Of a stretch of 32,000 nucleotides of DNA, positions 1 through 12,645 are shown piece after piece. Every line of letters starts with the position of its first letter. Within the stretch, counting starts at the first letter, position 1. The position numbers were made by a program, and so were the translations under genes. A model generated the notes under the pieces. It did not search any database, was not told the origin of the DNA, and saw nothing but the letters and a program-made list of their open reading frames with translations. The DNA is from Delftia acidovorans NBRC 14950 (GTDB lineage: Bacteria; Pseudomonadota; Gammaproteobacteria; Burkholderiales; Burkholderiaceae_C), in the NCBI RefSeq assembly GCF_001598795.1, contig NZ_BCZP01000001.1, forward strand, positions 390,001-422,000, given 5' to 3'.

Positions 1-1
1 G

Positions 2-565
2 ACGGCCGAGCGTGCCATGAACCTGGGCCTGACCGGCCCCATGCTGCGCGCCTCCGGCGTGGCCTGGGACATGCGCAAGTCGCAGCCCTATGAGGTCTAT
101 GACCGCATGGATTTCGACGTGCCCGTGGGCAAGACCGGCGACTGCTACGACCGCTACCTGGTGCGCGTGGCCGAAATGCGCCAGTCCAACCGCATCATCA
201 AGCAGTGCGTGGACTGGCTGCGTGCCAACCCGGGCCCGGTGATCGTGGACAACCACAAGATTGCTCCGCCGCCGCGCGAAGGCATGAAGTCCAACATGGA
301 AGAGCTGATCCACCACTTCAAGCTCTTCACCGAAGGTTTCCGCGTGCCCGAAGGCGAGGCTTACGCGGCCATCGAACACCCCAAGGGGGAGTTCGGCATC
401 TACATCGTGAGCGATGGGGCCAACAAGCCCTACCGCCTGAAGATCCGTCCGCCGGGATTCGCCAATCTGTCCGCCATGGACGAAATGTGCCGAGGCCACA
501 TGCTGGCCGACGCCGTGATGGTGCTGAGTACCCTGGACATCGTGTTTGGAGACGTTGACCGATGA
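2..565 (+). CDS. nuoD: NADH-quinone oxidoreductase subunit D (49 kDa subunit), C-terminal part; the 5' end lies upstream of the window
   Basis: The frame is open from the window edge. The C-terminus ...[13 protein letters not shown] is typical of NuoD. ATGA overlap with the next gene. Position in the nuo operon order. Confidence 0.93.
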   Translation, partial: TAERAMNLGLTGPMLRASGVAWDMRKSQPYEVYDRMDFDVPVGKTGDCYDRYLVRVAEMRQSNRIIKQCVDWLRANPGPVIVDNHKIAPPPREGMKSNMEELIHHFKLFTEGFRVPEGEAYAAIEHPKGEFGIYIVSDGANKPYRLKIRPPGFANLSAMDEMCRGHMLADAVMVLSTLDIVFGDVDR

Positions 566-1049
566 TTACCGAAGCGACCAAGGAGCGCTTTGCGCGCGAG
601 GTGGCCAAGTACCCGGCCGACCAGAAGCAGTCTGCCGTGATGGCCTGCCTGTCCATCGTGCAGCAGGAGCAGGGCTGGGTCAGCGCCGAGAGCGAGGCCG
701 TGATTGCCGAGTTCCTGGGCATGGCCGAGATCGCGGTGCATGAAGTCACCACGTTCTACAACATGTACAACCAGCGCCCCACGGGCACGTACAAGCTGAA
801 CGTCTGCACCAACCTGCCTTGCCAGCTGCGCGACGGCTACAAGGCGCTGCACCATCTGGAATCCCGCCTGGGCATCAAGATGGGCGAGACCACGCCTGAC
901 GGCATGTTCACGCTGCAGCAGTCCGAGTGCCTGGGCGCCTGCGCGGATTCGCCGGTGATGCTGGTGAACGACCGCTGCATGTGCAGCTTCATGAGCAACG
1001 AAAAGCTCGACGAATTGATCGACGGCCTGCGCGCCGCGGAGGGCAAGGC

Positions 1050-1053
<4 letters not shown>
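562..1053 (+). CDS. nuoE: NADH-quinone oxidoreductase subunit E (24 kDa, 2Fe-2S)
   Basis: 163 aa. Contains the CTNLPC...[15 protein letters not shown] cysteine pattern of the NuoE 2Fe-2S site. ATGA overlaps at both ends. Confidence 0.95.
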
Positions 1054-2408
<1,355 letters not shown>

Positions 2409-2423
2409 TCGCGAGAAAAGCAT

Positions 2424-4547
2424 ATGGTTGAAATTGAACTGGACGGAAAAAAGGTGGAGGTCGCCGAAGGCTGCATGGTCATGCATGCAGCCGAGAAGGC
2501 AGGCACCTACATCCCGCATTTCTGCTATCACAAGAAACTTTCCATCGCCGCCAACTGCCGCATGTGCCTGGTGGATGTGGAAAAAGCCCCCAAGCCCATG
2601 CCTGCCTGCGCCACGCCCGTGACGCAGGGCATGATCGTGCGCACCAAGAGCGAGAAGGCGATCAAGGCACAGCAATCGGTGATGGAGTTCCTGCTCATCA
2701 ATCACCCGCTGGACTGCCCGATCTGCGACCAGGGCGGCGAATGCCAGCTGCAGGATCTGGCCGTGGGCTACGGCAGCTCCGCCTCGCGCTACGAGGAAGA
2801 AAAGCGCGTGGTCTTCCACAAGGACGTGGGCCCGCTGATCTCCATGCAGGAGATGAGCCGTTGCATCCACTGCACCCGCTGCGTGCGCTTCGGACAGGAA
2901 GTGTCCGGCGTGATGGAACTGGGCATGATCAACCGCGGCGAGCACTCCGAGATCACCACGGTGGTGGGCGATACGGTGGACTCCGAGCTGTCGGGCAACA
3001 TGATCGACATCTGCCCCGTGGGCGCGTTGACCAGCAAGCCCTTCCGCTACAGCGCCCGCACCTGGGAGCTGTCGCGCCGCAAGTCGGTCTCGCCCCATGA
3101 TTCCACGGGTGCCAACCTCATCGTCCAGGTCAAGAACCACAAGGTTCTGCGCGTCGTGCCCTTCGAGAACGAAGAGGTCAACGAGTGCTGGATCGCCGAC
3201 CGCGATCGCTTCTCCTACGAAGCCCTGAACAGCGACGAACGCCTGACCCGCCCCATGCTCAAGCAAGGCGGCGAGTGGAAGGAAGTCGATTGGCAGACCG
3301 CCCTCGAATACGTGGCCAACGGCCTGCGCCAGATCAAGAATGACCATGGCGCATCCGCCATCGGTTCGCTGGTCAGCCCGCACAGCACGCTGGAAGAGCT
3401 GTACCTGGCTGGCAAGCTGGTGCGTGGCCTGGGCAGCGAGAACATCGACTACCGCCTGCGCAATGCCGAGTTCACCGCCGCCCAGGGCGTGCAGTGGCTG
3501 GGCACGCCCATCGCGTCGCTGTCCAAGCTGCAAGGCGTCCTGGTGCTGGGCTCCAACCTGCGCAAGGACCATCCGCTGTTCGCGCAGCGCATCCGCCAGG
3601 CTGCCAAGCAGGGCTGCGCCGTGCTCGCCATCAATGAGCGTGTCTACGACTGGGCCATGCCGGTGACGGCGTCCATCGTGGCTGCCCCGGACTGGGCCCA
3701 GGCGCTGGCCGATGTGGCCGCCGCCGTGGCGCAGGAAAAGGGCGTTGCCGCTCCCGTGGCCGCCGCCGACGTGCATGCCGAGGCCCAGGCCATCGCTGCC
3801 GCGCTGCTGCGCGGCGAGCGCAAGGCCATCTTGCTGGGCAATGCCGCTGCGCACCACGCACAGGCATCGACCCTGCTGTCGCTGGCCAACTGGATTGCCG
3901 AGCAGACCGGTGCCTCGGTCGGCTACCTGACCGAAGCCGCCAACACGGTGGGTGCACAGTGGGTGGGTGCACAGCCTGCCGCCTCGGGCCTGAACGCAGG
4001 CCAGATGCTGGCCGGCGGCCTCAAGGCCGTGCTGCTGCTGAACAACGAACCCGTGTTCGACTCCGCTGCCGGCGCCCGCGCCGCAGAGGCACTGGGCAAG
4101 GCCGAGATGGTCGTGACCCTGAGCCCCTTCAAGGCCAACATGGAATTCAGCGACGTGCTGCTGCCCATCGCCCCGTTCACGGAAACCTCGGGCAGCTTCG
4201 TCAACGCCGAAGGCCGCCTGCAGAGCTTCCACGCCGTGGTCAAGCCGCTGGCCGAAGCCCGTCCGGGCTGGAAGGTGCTGCGCGTGCTGGCCAACCTGCT
4301 GGGCGTGCAGGGCGTGGACTACGAGACGTCGCAGGACGTGCTCGCCGCTGCCACCGCCGCTGCCACCAGCGTGCCAGCCAACCTGCTGGGCAACGGTGCG
4401 CCTGCCGTGAATTCCATCGCCAACGGTGCCGGCCATGCCGCGCCCGTGGTGGCCAGTATTTATCAGCTCGACAGCATCGTGCGCCGCGCGACATCGCTGC
4501 AACTGACGGCAGATGCACGTCAGGCTCGTGAGGGAGGCGCCGCATGA
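2424..4547 (+). CDS. nuoG: NADH-quinone oxidoreductase subunit G (75 kDa, Fe-S)
   Basis: 707 aa. N-terminal [15 protein letters not shown] (2Fe-2S), [18 protein letters not shown] and [11 protein letters not shown] (4Fe-4S) motifs. Confidence 0.95.
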   Translation: MVEIELDGKKVEVAEGCMVMHAAEKAGTYIPHFCYHKKLSIAANCRMCLVDVEKAPKPMPACATPVTQGMIVRTKSEKAIKAQQSVMEFLLINHPLDCPICDQGGECQLQDLAVGYGSSASRYEEEKRVVFHKDVGPLISMQEMSRCIHCTRCVRFGQEVSGVMELGMINRGEHSEITTVVGDTVDSELSGNMIDICPVGALTSKPFRYSARTWELSRRKSVSPHDSTGANLIVQVKNHKVLRVVPFENEEVNECWIADRDRFSYEALNSDERLTRPMLKQGGEWKEVDWQTALEYVANGLRQIKNDHGASAIGSLVSPHSTLEELYLAGKLVRGLGSENIDYRLRNAEFTAAQGVQWLGTPIASLSKLQGVLVLGSNLRKDHPLFAQRIRQAAKQGCAVLAINERVYDWAMPVTASIVAAPDWAQALADVAAAVAQEKGVAAPVAAADVHAEAQAIAAALLRGERKAILLGNAAAHHAQASTLLSLANWIAEQTGASVGYLTEAANTVGAQWVGAQPAASGLNAGQMLAGGLKAVLLLNNEPVFDSAAGARAAEALGKAEMVVTLSPFKANMEFSDVLLPIAPFTETSGSFVNAEGRLQSFHAVVKPLAEARPGWKVLRVLANLLGVQGVDYETSQDVLAAATAAATSVPANLLGNGAPAVNSIANGAGHAAPVVASIYQLDSIVRRATSLQLTADARQAREGGAA

Positions 4548-5620
4548 TTGACGCACTCAAGACGGCCGGTGCCGGCCTGATCGCCGCCCCCTGGTGGACC
4601 GACGTGGCCTGGCCCGTGCTCTGGATCCTGCTGGGCATCGTTGCCATCGTCGCCCCGCTGATGGGCGCCGTGGCCTACCTGACGCTGTGGGAGCGCAAGC
4701 TGCTGGGCTTCATGCAGGTTCGCATGGGTCCCAACCGCGTGGGTCCCTTCGGTCTGCTGCAGCCTCTGGCCGACGGCCTGAAGCTGCTGACCAAGGAACT
4801 GATTCAGCCCACGGCTGCCGCCAAGGGCCTGTTCTACGTGGGCCCGGTGATGGCCATCATGCCCGCCCTGGCGGCATGGGTGGCGATCCCCTTCGGCCCC
4901 GAAGTGGCGCTGGCCAACGTCAACGCCGGCCTGCTGCTGATCATGGCCATCACTTCCATCGAAGTCTATGGCGTGATCATTGCGGGCTGGGCCTCCAACT
5001 CCAAGTACGCCTTCCTGGGCGCGCTGCGCGCATCGGCACAGATGGTCAGCTATGAAATCGCGCTGGGCTTCTGTTTCCTGGTCGTGATCATGGTCACGGG
5101 CAGCATGAATCTGACGCAGATCGTGCTGAGCCAGGGCCAGGGCCAGTTCGCCAGCATGGGTGCCAGTGTCCTGTCGTGGAACTGGCTGCCGCTGCTGCCG
5201 ATCTTCGTGGTCTACCTGATCTCGGCCGTGGCCGAGACCAACCGCCACCCCTTCGACGTGGTCGAAGGCGAAGCCGAAATCGTGGCCGGCCACATGGTCG
5301 AGTACTCGGGCATGGGCTTTGCCATCTTCTTCCTGGCCGAGTACGCCAGCATGTGGCTGGTGTCCATTCTGGGCGTGATCATGTTCCTGGGCGGCTGGCT
5401 GCCTCCGTTCGACTTCCTGTCGTTCATCCCCGGATGGATCTGGCTGGCGGCGAAGACTTTCCTGGTCGTGTCCATGTTCATCTGGATCCGTGCCACCTTC
5501 CCGCGCTTTCGCTATGACCAGATCATGCGTCTGGGCTGGAAGATCTTCATTCCCGTCACCCTGGTGTGGCTGGTCGTCGTGGGTGGCTGGATGCACTCGC
5601 CTTGGAACATCTGGAACTGA
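4544..5620 (+). CDS. nuoH: NADH-quinone oxidoreductase subunit H (ND1 homologue)
   Basis: 358 aa polytopic membrane protein with [36 protein letters not shown] overlap with nuoG. Confidence 0.95.
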   Translation: MIDALKTAGAGLIAAPWWTDVAWPVLWILLGIVAIVAPLMGAVAYLTLWERKLLGFMQVRMGPNRVGPFGLLQPLADGLKLLTKELIQPTAAAKGLFYVGPVMAIMPALAAWVAIPFGPEVALANVNAGLLLIMAITSIEVYGVIIAGWASNSKYAFLGALRASAQMVSYEIALGFCFLVVIMVTGSMNLTQIVLSQGQGQFASMGASVLSWNWLPLLPIFVVYLISAVAETNRHPFDVVEGEAEIVAGHMVEYSGMGFAIFFLAEYASMWLVSILGVIMFLGGWLPPFDFLSFIPGWIWLAAKTFLVVSMFIWIRATFPRFRYDQIMRLGWKIFIPVTLVWLVVVGGWMHSPWNIWN

Positions 5621-5631
5621 GCGGAGCAAGA

Positions 5632-6141
5632 ATGTCTGCGGTTGCTGCTACCCCATTTTCGATCAAAGATTTCCTCAAGAGCTTCATGCTCTGGGAACTG
5701 GCCAAGGGCATGGCCCTGACTGGCCGCTACACCTTCCGCCGCAAGGTCACGGTGCAGTTCCCCGAGGAAAAGACACCCCTGTCGCCGCGTTTTCGCGGAC
5801 TGCACGCCCTGCGCCGTTATGACAACGGCGAAGAGCGTTGCATTGCCTGCAAGCTGTGCGAGGCGGTGTGCCCGGCCATGGCCATCACCATCGAGTCCGA
5901 TGTGCGTGACGACGGCTCGCGCCGCACCACGCGCTACGACATCGACCTGACCAAGTGCATCTTCTGCGGCTTCTGCGAGGAAAGCTGCCCGGTGGACTCG
6001 ATCGTCGAGACGCATATCTTCGAATACCACGGAGAAAAGCGCGGCGACCTGTACTTCACCAAGGACATGCTGCTGGCCGTTGGCGATCGCTACGAACCCG
6101 AGATTGCCGCCGCCAAGGCTGCGGACGCCAAGTACCGCTGA
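5632..6141 (+). CDS. nuoI: NADH-quinone oxidoreductase subunit I (2x4Fe-4S ferredoxin-type)
   Basis: Two CxxCxxCxxxCP motifs ([24 protein letters not shown]). Start chosen at ATG 5632 (MSAVAATPF...), 11 nt after the nuoH stop. Confidence 0.94.
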   Translation: MSAVAATPFSIKDFLKSFMLWELAKGMALTGRYTFRRKVTVQFPEEKTPLSPRFRGLHALRRYDNGEERCIACKLCEAVCPAMAITIESDVRDDGSRRTTRYDIDLTKCIFCGFCEESCPVDSIVETHIFEYHGEKRGDLYFTKDMLLAVGDRYEPEIAAAKAADAKYR

Positions 6142-6175
6142 AGCGGCTCCTTGATCACTTGAAAAGATTCGATCC

Positions 6176-6844
6176 ATGGACGCCAAAACTGGTTTCTTCT
6201 ATCTGTTCTCGGTCGTGCTGCTGTTTGCAGCCTTCCGGGTCGTCACGGCACGCAACCCCGTGCATGCCGTGCTCAACCTGATCCTGGCCTTCTCGCAGGC
6301 TGCCGGCATCTGGCTTCTGCTCAAGGCCGAGTTCCTGGGCGTGACCCTGGTGCTGGTCTACCTGGGCGCCGTGATGGTGCTGTTCCTGTTCGTGGTGATG
6401 ATGCTGGATATCCGCATCGACGCCGTGCGCCAGGGGTTCTGGAAGCATTTCCCCTTCGCTGCCCTGATCGGCGCACTGATTGCCTTTGAAATGGGCATGG
6501 TGCTGATGGGCGGCTTCAGCGGCGTCGAGGAGCCCAAGGCCATTGCGGCCACGGTCAACGCTGCCGGCCAGACCGTGCAGTACTCCAACACCCAGGCCCT
6601 GGGCAAGCTGCTGTACACCGAATACCTGTACCCCGTCGAGATCGCTGCCGTGATCCTGCTGGTGGCCATGATTGCCGCCATCGCCCTGACCCTGCGCAAG
6701 CGCAAGGACAGCAAGGCAGTGAACCCGGCCCAGCAGATCCGCGTGCGCGCAAAGGATCGCCTCGAGCTGGTCAAGGTGCCGGTCACCCAGGCGCCGCAGG
6801 CACCGGCCGCCGAGGCAACCCCCGCCGTGGAGACAAAAGCATGA
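6176..6844 (+). CDS. nuoJ: NADH-quinone oxidoreductase subunit J (ND6 homologue) with a hydrophilic C-terminal tail
   Basis: 222 aa hydrophobic protein in the expected operon position. ATGA overlap with nuoK. Confidence 0.92.
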   Translation: MDAKTGFFYLFSVVLLFAAFRVVTARNPVHAVLNLILAFSQAAGIWLLLKAEFLGVTLVLVYLGAVMVLFLFVVMMLDIRIDAVRQGFWKHFPFAALIGALIAFEMGMVLMGGFSGVEEPKAIAATVNAAGQTVQYSNTQALGKLLYTEYLYPVEIAAVILLVAMIAAIALTLRKRKDSKAVNPAQQIRVRAKDRLELVKVPVTQAPQAPAAEATPAVETKA

Positions 6845-7149
6845 CGTTGACTTTGGGCCATTATTTGACGCTGGGCGCCATGCTGTTCGCGCTCTCCGTC
6901 GTTGGCATTTTTCTGAACCGCAAGAACCTGATCGTGCTGCTGATGGCCATCGAGCTGATGCTCCTGGCCGTCAACACCAACTTCGTGGCGTTCTCCAGCT
7001 ATCTGGGTGACATGCACGGCCAGGTGTTCGTGTTCTTCATCCTGACAGTGGCAGCCGCCGAGTCGGCCATCGGTCTGGCGATCCTGGTGCTTCTGTTCCG
7101 CAACAAGACCAGCATCAATGCGGAAGATCTCAACTCCCTCAAGGGTTGA
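6841..7149 (+). CDS. nuoK: NADH-quinone oxidoreductase subunit K (ND4L homologue)
   Basis: 102 aa with three predicted TM helices. Contains ...[17 protein letters not shown]. Confidence 0.94.
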   Translation: MTLTLGHYLTLGAMLFALSVVGIFLNRKNLIVLLMAIELMLLAVNTNFVAFSSYLGDMHGQVFVFFILTVAAAESAIGLAILVLLFRNKTSINAEDLNSLKG

Positions 7150-7178
7150 GTCCGCCGTAACTTGCAAGGTTCTTAAGA

Positions 7179-9236
7179 ATGAGTCAAACACTCTCTGCAT
7201 CCATGCTCCTGGCGGTGCCGCTGGCACCGTTGGCGGGCTCCGTGCTCGCGGGCATCTGGGGCACGGCCTTCGGCGGCAACAAGATCGGTCGCGGCGGCAG
7301 CCATACCCTCACCATCGCGGGCGTGCTGATCGCCTTCATCCTGTCGGCCATCACGTTCAACAGCGTGATCTTCGACGGCGCGCGTTTCGACCAGTCCATC
7401 TATACCTGGATGGAAATCGGCGGCCTGAAGATGGAGGTCGGTTTCCTGATCGACAGCATCACGGCCATGATGATGTGCGTGGTGACCTTCGTGTCGCTGA
7501 TGGTGCACATCTACACCATCGGCTACATGCAGGAAGATGACGGCTACAACCGTTTCTTCTCCTACATCTCGCTGTTCACCTTCTCCATGTTGATGCTCGT
7601 CATGAGCAACAACCTGCTGCAGCTGTTCTTCGGCTGGGAAGCCGTGGGCCTGGTGTCCTACCTGCTGATCGGCTTCTACTACAACAAGCCCACGGCCATC
7701 TTCGCCAACATGAAGGCCTTCCTGGTCAACCGCGTGGGTGACTTCGGCTTCATCCTGGGCATCGGCCTGATCGCTGCCTACACCGGCACCATGAACTACG
7801 GCGAGATCTTCGCCAAGCTGCCCGAGATCCAGAACACCCTGCTGCCGGGCACCGGCTGGCTGCTGGTGACGGTGACGGCCATCTGCCTGTTCATCGGCGC
7901 CATGGGCAAGTCGGCACAGTTCCCGCTGCACGCCTGGCTGCCTGATTCGATGGAAGGCCCGACCCCCATCTCGGCACTGATCCACGCCGCCACCATGGTG
8001 ACGGCCGGCATCTTCATGGTCTCGCGCATGTCGCCGCTGTACGAGCTGTCGGACACGGCACTGAGCTTCATCCTGGTGATCGGCTCCATCACGGCGCTGT
8101 TTATGGGCGTACTGGGCATCATCCAGAACGACATCAAGCGCGTGATCGCGTACTCCACGCTGTCGCAGCTGGGCTACATGACCGTGGCCCTGGGCGCCTC
8201 CGCCTACTCGGTGGCCGTGTTCCACCTGATGACCCACGCCTTCTTCAAGGCCCTGCTGTTCCTTGGCGCCGGCTCGGTGATCATGGGCATGCACCACAAC
8301 CAGGACATCCGCTGGATGGGCGGCGTGCGCAAGTACATGCCCATCACCTGGATCACCTTCCTGCTGGGCAATCTCGCGCTGATCGGTACGCCGTTCTTCT
8401 CGGGCTTCTACTCGAAGGACGCCATCATCGAAGCCGTGCACGCCACGAACCTGCCGGGCGCAGGCTTCGCGAACTTCGCGGTGCTGGCCGGCGTGTTCAT
8501 CACAGCCTTCTACTCCTTCCGCCTGTACTTCATCGTCTTCCACGGCAAGGAGCGCTACGACCAGAACCCGGACGCGCACCACGATGACCACCACGGTCAC
8601 GATGACCATCATGCCCATGACGACCACCACGGCCATGGCCACGATGCCAAGCCGCACGAGTCGCCCCTGGTCGTGACCGGTCCGCTGATGCTGCTGGCCA
8701 TCCCCTCGGTGGTGATCGGTGCCATCGCGCTGATGCCCATGCTGTTCGGTGACTTCTTCAAGGGCGTGATCCACGTCGATGGCGCAAAGCACGGCGCCAT
8801 GGCCGAACTGGCCGAGAAGATCCACGGCTGGGTGCCCATGGCACTGCACGGCTTCACTGCCGCGCCGTTCTGGCTGGCACTGGCAGGCGTCGTCGTCTCA
8901 TACCTGTTCTACATGGTCAAGCCCGAAGTCCCTGCGGCCATCAAGTCGGCCATGCAGAAGATCGGTGTCTACCAGGCACTGGAAGGCAAGTACGGCGTGG
9001 ACTGGGTCTACGAAAACATCTTCGCCCGTGGTGCACGCGCCTTCGGCAGCTTCTTCTGGAAGGTCGGCGACCAGGCCATCATTGATGGCGCCATCGTCAA
9101 CGGTTCGTGGAAGCTCATCGGTCGCATCGGCCAGTGGGTGCGCAAGCTGCAGTCGGGCTATCTCTATCACTACGCGTTGGTCATGCTGCTGGGCGTGTTC
9201 GCTCTCATGACGTATTTCGTGTGGCTCAACAAGTAG
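7179..9236 (+). CDS. nuoL: NADH-quinone oxidoreductase subunit L (ND5 homologue)
   Basis: 685 aa. WEAVGLVSYLLIGFYY and GKSAQFPLHAWLPDSMEGPTPISALIHAATMVTAG antiporter-like motifs. Confidence 0.95.
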   Translation: MSQTLSASMLLAVPLAPLAGSVLAGIWGTAFGGNKIGRGGSHTLTIAGVLIAFILSAITFNSVIFDGARFDQSIYTWMEIGGLKMEVGFLIDSITAMMMCVVTFVSLMVHIYTIGYMQEDDGYNRFFSYISLFTFSMLMLVMSNNLLQLFFGWEAVGLVSYLLIGFYYNKPTAIFANMKAFLVNRVGDFGFILGIGLIAAYTGTMNYGEIFAKLPEIQNTLLPGTGWLLVTVTAICLFIGAMGKSAQFPLHAWLPDSMEGPTPISALIHAATMVTAGIFMVSRMSPLYELSDTALSFILVIGSITALFMGVLGIIQNDIKRVIAYSTLSQLGYMTVALGASAYSVAVFHLMTHAFFKALLFLGAGSVIMGMHHNQDIRWMGGVRKYMPITWITFLLGNLALIGTPFFSGFYSKDAIIEAVHATNLPGAGFANFAVLAGVFITAFYSFRLYFIVFHGKERYDQNPDAHHDDHHGHDDHHAHDDHHGHGHDAKPHESPLVVTGPLMLLAIPSVVIGAIALMPMLFGDFFKGVIHVDGAKHGAMAELAEKIHGWVPMALHGFTAAPFWLALAGVVVSYLFYMVKPEVPAAIKSAMQKIGVYQALEGKYGVDWVYENIFARGARAFGSFFWKVGDQAIIDGAIVNGSWKLIGRIGQWVRKLQSGYLYHYALVMLLGVFALMTYFVWLNK

Positions 9237-9252
9237 TAGAGGAAGAACAAAA

Positions 9253-10728
9253 ATGCATTGGTTGAGTCTTTCAATCTGGGTGCCGATCGCATTCGGCGCC
9301 CTCCTGCTGGCCCTGGGCCGCGAGGACCAGGTCAAGGCAGTGCGCTGGCTGGCCCTGGTCGGCGCCCTGGCCGGCCTGGCGGTCACGCTGCCGCTGATCC
9401 AGCAGTTCGACAACAGCACGGCTGCGATGCAGTTCGTGGAGAAGGCGCTGTGGATCGAGCGCTTCAACATCTACTACCACCTGGGCGTGGATGGCATCTC
9501 GTTCTGGTTCGTGCCGCTGACGGCCTTCATCACCGTGATCGTCGTGATCGCGTCGTGGGAAAACATCACCGAGCGCGTGAACCAGTACATGGGCGCGTTC
9601 CTGATCCTGTCCGGCCTGATGGTCGGCGTGTTCAGCGCACTGGACGGCCTGCTGTTCTACGTGTTCTTCGAAGCCACGCTGATCCCGATGTACCTGATCA
9701 TCGGTATCTGGGGCGGACCCAACCGCATCTACGCGGCCTTCAAGTTCTTCCTGTACACGCTGATGGGTTCGCTGCTGACCCTGATCGCGATCATCTATCT
9801 GTACACCCAGTCCGGTGGCAGCTTCGAGATCCTCGACTGGCACAAGCTGCCGCTGTCCATGACGGCCCAGACGCTGATCTTCTTCGCCTTCTTCGCGGCC
9901 TTCGCCGTGAAGGTGCCGATGTGGCCGGTGCACACCTGGCTGCCCGACGTGCACGTGGAAGCGCCCACCGGCGGCTCCGCCGTGCTGGCTGCCATCATGC
10001 TGAAGCTCGGTGCCTACGGTTTCCTGCGCTTTTCCATGCCCATCGCCCCTGATGCATCGCACAAGTGGGCCTGGCTGGTCATCGCGCTGTCGCTGGTCGC
10101 CGTGATCTACGTGGGCGTGGTCGCCCTGGTGCAAAAGGACATGAAGAAGCTGGTGGCCTACTCGTCCGTGGCCCACATGGGCTTCGTGACCCTGGGCTTC
10201 TTCATCTTCAACCCGCTGGGCGTTGCCGGCGGCATCGTGCAGATGATTGCCCACGGCTTCGTGTCGGGCGCCATGTTCCTGTGCATCGGCGTGCTCTACG
10301 ACCGCGTGCACTCGCGTGAAATCGCCTCCTACGGCGGCGTGGTCAACACCATGCCCAAGTTCGCGGCCTTCGCACTGCTGTTCGCCATGGCCAACTGCGG
10401 CCTGCCCGCAACGGCCGGCTTCGTGGGCGAGTGGATGGTGATCCTGGGTGCCGTCCAGTACAACTTCTGGATCGGCCTGGGCGCTGCCACGGCTCTGATC
10501 TTCGGCGCCGCCTACACCCTGTGGATGTACAAGCGCGTCTACCTGGGTCCGGTCACCAACGACAATGTGCGCGGCCTGACCGACATCGGCAACCGCGAGT
10601 TCCTGGTGCTGGGTCTGCTGGCCATCGCCGTGCTGTACATGGGTCTGTATCCCAAGCCCTTCACTGACGTGATGGATGTGTCCGTGGCCGAGCTGCTCAA
10701 GCATGTGGCCATGAGCAAGCTGCAGTGA
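9253..10728 (+). CDS. nuoM: NADH-quinone oxidoreductase subunit M (ND4 homologue)
   Basis: 491 aa. FAVKVPMWPVHTWLPDVHVEAPTGGSAVLAAIMLKLG motif. Confidence 0.95.
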   Translation: MHWLSLSIWVPIAFGALLLALGREDQVKAVRWLALVGALAGLAVTLPLIQQFDNSTAAMQFVEKALWIERFNIYYHLGVDGISFWFVPLTAFITVIVVIASWENITERVNQYMGAFLILSGLMVGVFSALDGLLFYVFFEATLIPMYLIIGIWGGPNRIYAAFKFFLYTLMGSLLTLIAIIYLYTQSGGSFEILDWHKLPLSMTAQTLIFFAFFAAFAVKVPMWPVHTWLPDVHVEAPTGGSAVLAAIMLKLGAYGFLRFSMPIAPDASHKWAWLVIALSLVAVIYVGVVALVQKDMKKLVAYSSVAHMGFVTLGFFIFNPLGVAGGIVQMIAHGFVSGAMFLCIGVLYDRVHSREIASYGGVVNTMPKFAAFALLFAMANCGLPATAGFVGEWMVILGAVQYNFWIGLGAATALIFGAAYTLWMYKRVYLGPVTNDNVRGLTDIGNREFLVLGLLAIAVLYMGLYPKPFTDVMDVSVAELLKHVAMSKLQ

Positions 10729-10752
10729 CCAGACTGAAACGAGAGAATCGAG

Positions 10753-12246
10753 ATGATTGACAACATCAGCTGGCTGGCCATCTATCCGGAGATCCTTCTC
10801 CTGGTCATGGCCTGCGTGATCGCCCTGGTGGACCTGGGCGTCAAAAGCCCGCGCCGCACGGGCACCTATGTTCTGACGCTGCTGACCCTGGGCGTGGTGG
10901 CCGTGCTGCAAGGCATGTACGCCTCCAGTGGCAACACCTTCTATGGCTGGGGCAACATGGTGGTCTCCGACGCCATGGGCAACTGGCTCAAGTGCTTCGC
11001 CACCGTGGCCATGATGGTCACCCTGGTCTACGGCCGCCCCTACGCCGCCGACCGCGACATGCTTCGCGGCGGCGAGCTGTTCACGCTGGCCATGCTCGCG
11101 CTGCTGGGCATGTTCATCATGATCTCGGGCAACAACTTCCTGGTCATCTACCTGGGCCTGGAGCTGCTGACGCTGTCCAGCTACGCCCTGGTGGCCCTGC
11201 GCCGCGACCACACGGCGTCGGTCGAGGCCGCGATGAAGTACTTCGTGCTCGGCGCCATGGCCAGCGGCTTCCTGCTGTATGGCATGTCCATGCTCTACGG
11301 TGCGACCGGCTCGCTGGACATCGGCCAAGTCTTCAAGGCCATCAACTCGGGCGAGATCAAGCACCAGGTGCTGGTGTTCGGTCTGGTCTTCGTGGTCTCC
11401 GGCCTGGCCTTCAAGCTGGGCGTGGTTCCCTTCCACATGTGGGTTCCCGACGTCTACCAGGGCGCTCCCACGGCCATCACCACCATGATCGGTGGCGCGC
11501 CCAAGCTGGCCGCCTTCGCCATCGTCATCCGCCTGCTGGTGGACGGCCTGCTGCCGCTGGCCATCGACTGGCAGCAGATGCTGGCGGTGCTTGCCATCGC
11601 CTCGCTGCTGGTCGGCAACCTGGCCGGCCTGCAGCAGACCAACCTCAAGCGCATGCTGGCCTACTCGACCATCTCGCAGATGGGCTTCGTGCTGCTGGGC
11701 CTGATGTCGGGTGTGGTGGATGGCAAGGTCGATCCGGCCACCATCGAGAACGCCTACAGCTCGGCCATGTTCTACGTGGTGACCTACGTGCTGACCACGC
11801 TGGCCGCCTTCGGCGTGATCCAGCTGCTGGCCCGCGAAGGTTTCGAGAGCGAAGAGGTCGCCGACTTTGCCGGCCTCAACCAGCGCAGCCCGCTGTATGC
11901 CGGCGTGATGGCGATCTGCCTGTTCTCCATGGCCGGTATCCCCCCCCTGGTGGGCTTCTACGCCAAGCTGTCGGTGCTGCAGGCGCTCGTGGCATCGGGC
12001 CACAGCCTGTACATCGCGCTGGCCGTGTTTGCCGTGGTCATGTCGCTGATCGGCGCCTTCTACTATCTGCGCGTCGTCAAGGTCATGTACTTTGACGAAC
12101 CCATCACCGCCACCAGCGTTTCCGCTTCGCTGGACGTGCGCGTGGTGCTGACCCTCAACGGCGCCCTGGTGCTGGGGCTGGGCCTTCTGCCGGGTGGCCT
12201 GATGGCCCTGTGCGCCGACGCCGTCGTGCGCGCCCTGGCTTCCTGA
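10753..12246 (+). CDS. nuoN: NADH-quinone oxidoreductase subunit N (ND2 homologue)
   Basis: 497 aa. [36 protein letters not shown] motif. Last gene of the operon. Confidence 0.95.
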   Translation: MIDNISWLAIYPEILLLVMACVIALVDLGVKSPRRTGTYVLTLLTLGVVAVLQGMYASSGNTFYGWGNMVVSDAMGNWLKCFATVAMMVTLVYGRPYAADRDMLRGGELFTLAMLALLGMFIMISGNNFLVIYLGLELLTLSSYALVALRRDHTASVEAAMKYFVLGAMASGFLLYGMSMLYGATGSLDIGQVFKAINSGEIKHQVLVFGLVFVVSGLAFKLGVVPFHMWVPDVYQGAPTAITTMIGGAPKLAAFAIVIRLLVDGLLPLAIDWQQMLAVLAIASLLVGNLAGLQQTNLKRMLAYSTISQMGFVLLGLMSGVVDGKVDPATIENAYSSAMFYVVTYVLTTLAAFGVIQLLAREGFESEEVADFAGLNQRSPLYAGVMAICLFSMAGIPPLVGFYAKLSVLQALVASGHSLYIALAVFAVVMSLIGAFYYLRVVKVMYFDEPITATSVSASLDVRVVLTLNGALVLGLGLLPGGLMALCADAVVRALAS

Positions 12247-12301
12247 TCCACTTTCCCGATGCGGGGCCCTGCACGCAGGGCTCCGCGGTGAGGACATCGG
12301 C

Positions 12302-12607
12302 TTGTCGCAAACCGCTTCGATCTGGCTCGTGATATTGGCTGCCCTTGTGGCAGCCAATTTGCCTTTCTTCAACGCCCGCTGGCTGCAGCTGGGGCCGCTG
12401 CGCGCCCAGCGCAAGCCGCTGGCCATGTGCCTGCTGGAGATGGTGCTGCTGTACTTCATCGTCGGCGGCGTGGCGCTGCTGCTGGAGCGCCGTGTGGGGC
12501 AGATCGCGCCCCAGGGCTGGGAGTTCTATGCCGTCACGGGAGCGTTGTTCCTGACGCTGGCCTTCCCCGGTTTCGTCTATCGTTTCCTGATTCACCGCCG
12601 CGGCTGA
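12302..12607 (+). CDS. Small membrane protein, DUF2818-like (three predicted TM helices), function unknown
   Basis: 101 aa with a TTG start at 12302, preceded by GAGG at about 12290. Hydrophobic segments are IWLVILAALVAANLPFF, LAMCLLEMVLLYFIVGGVALLL and FYAVTGALFLTLAFPGFVY. From memory, this family sits just downstream of nuoN in betaproteobacteria. Confidence 0.7.
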   Translation: MSQTASIWLVILAALVAANLPFFNARWLQLGPLRAQRKPLAMCLLEMVLLYFIVGGVALLLERRVGQIAPQGWEFYAVTGALFLTLAFPGFVYRFLIHRRG

Positions 12608-12645
12608 AGCTGCGGTGCCGGTTGTCTCATGGGTGGGGGTGCGTG

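Noticed and set aside
927-1049. ORF-track N-terminal extensions: nuoF from 927, nuoI from 5566, DUF1178-like from 12427, LivG-like from 13599, binding protein from GTG 15313, PLP enzyme from 21882, IPTL-CTERM from 24612, ABC ATPase from 28188, rhodanese from TTG 30403
   Set aside because: Each extension overlaps the upstream gene or is Arg/Pro/Gly-rich filler. The internal ATG starts coincide with conserved N-termini, SD sequences or stop/start overlaps.
12261-12286. Imperfect GC-rich hairpin after nuoN, considered as the operon terminator
   Set aside because: The stem has one mismatch and no U-tract follows. It lies immediately upstream of the SD and TTG start of the DUF2818-like gene, so read-through is more likely. 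I did not list it as a terminator.
9271-12459. 1062-aa minus-strand ORF opposite nuoM/nuoN
   Set aside because: It has the same high-GC antisense artefact signature, while the sense-strand genes carry diagnostic antiporter-like motifs.
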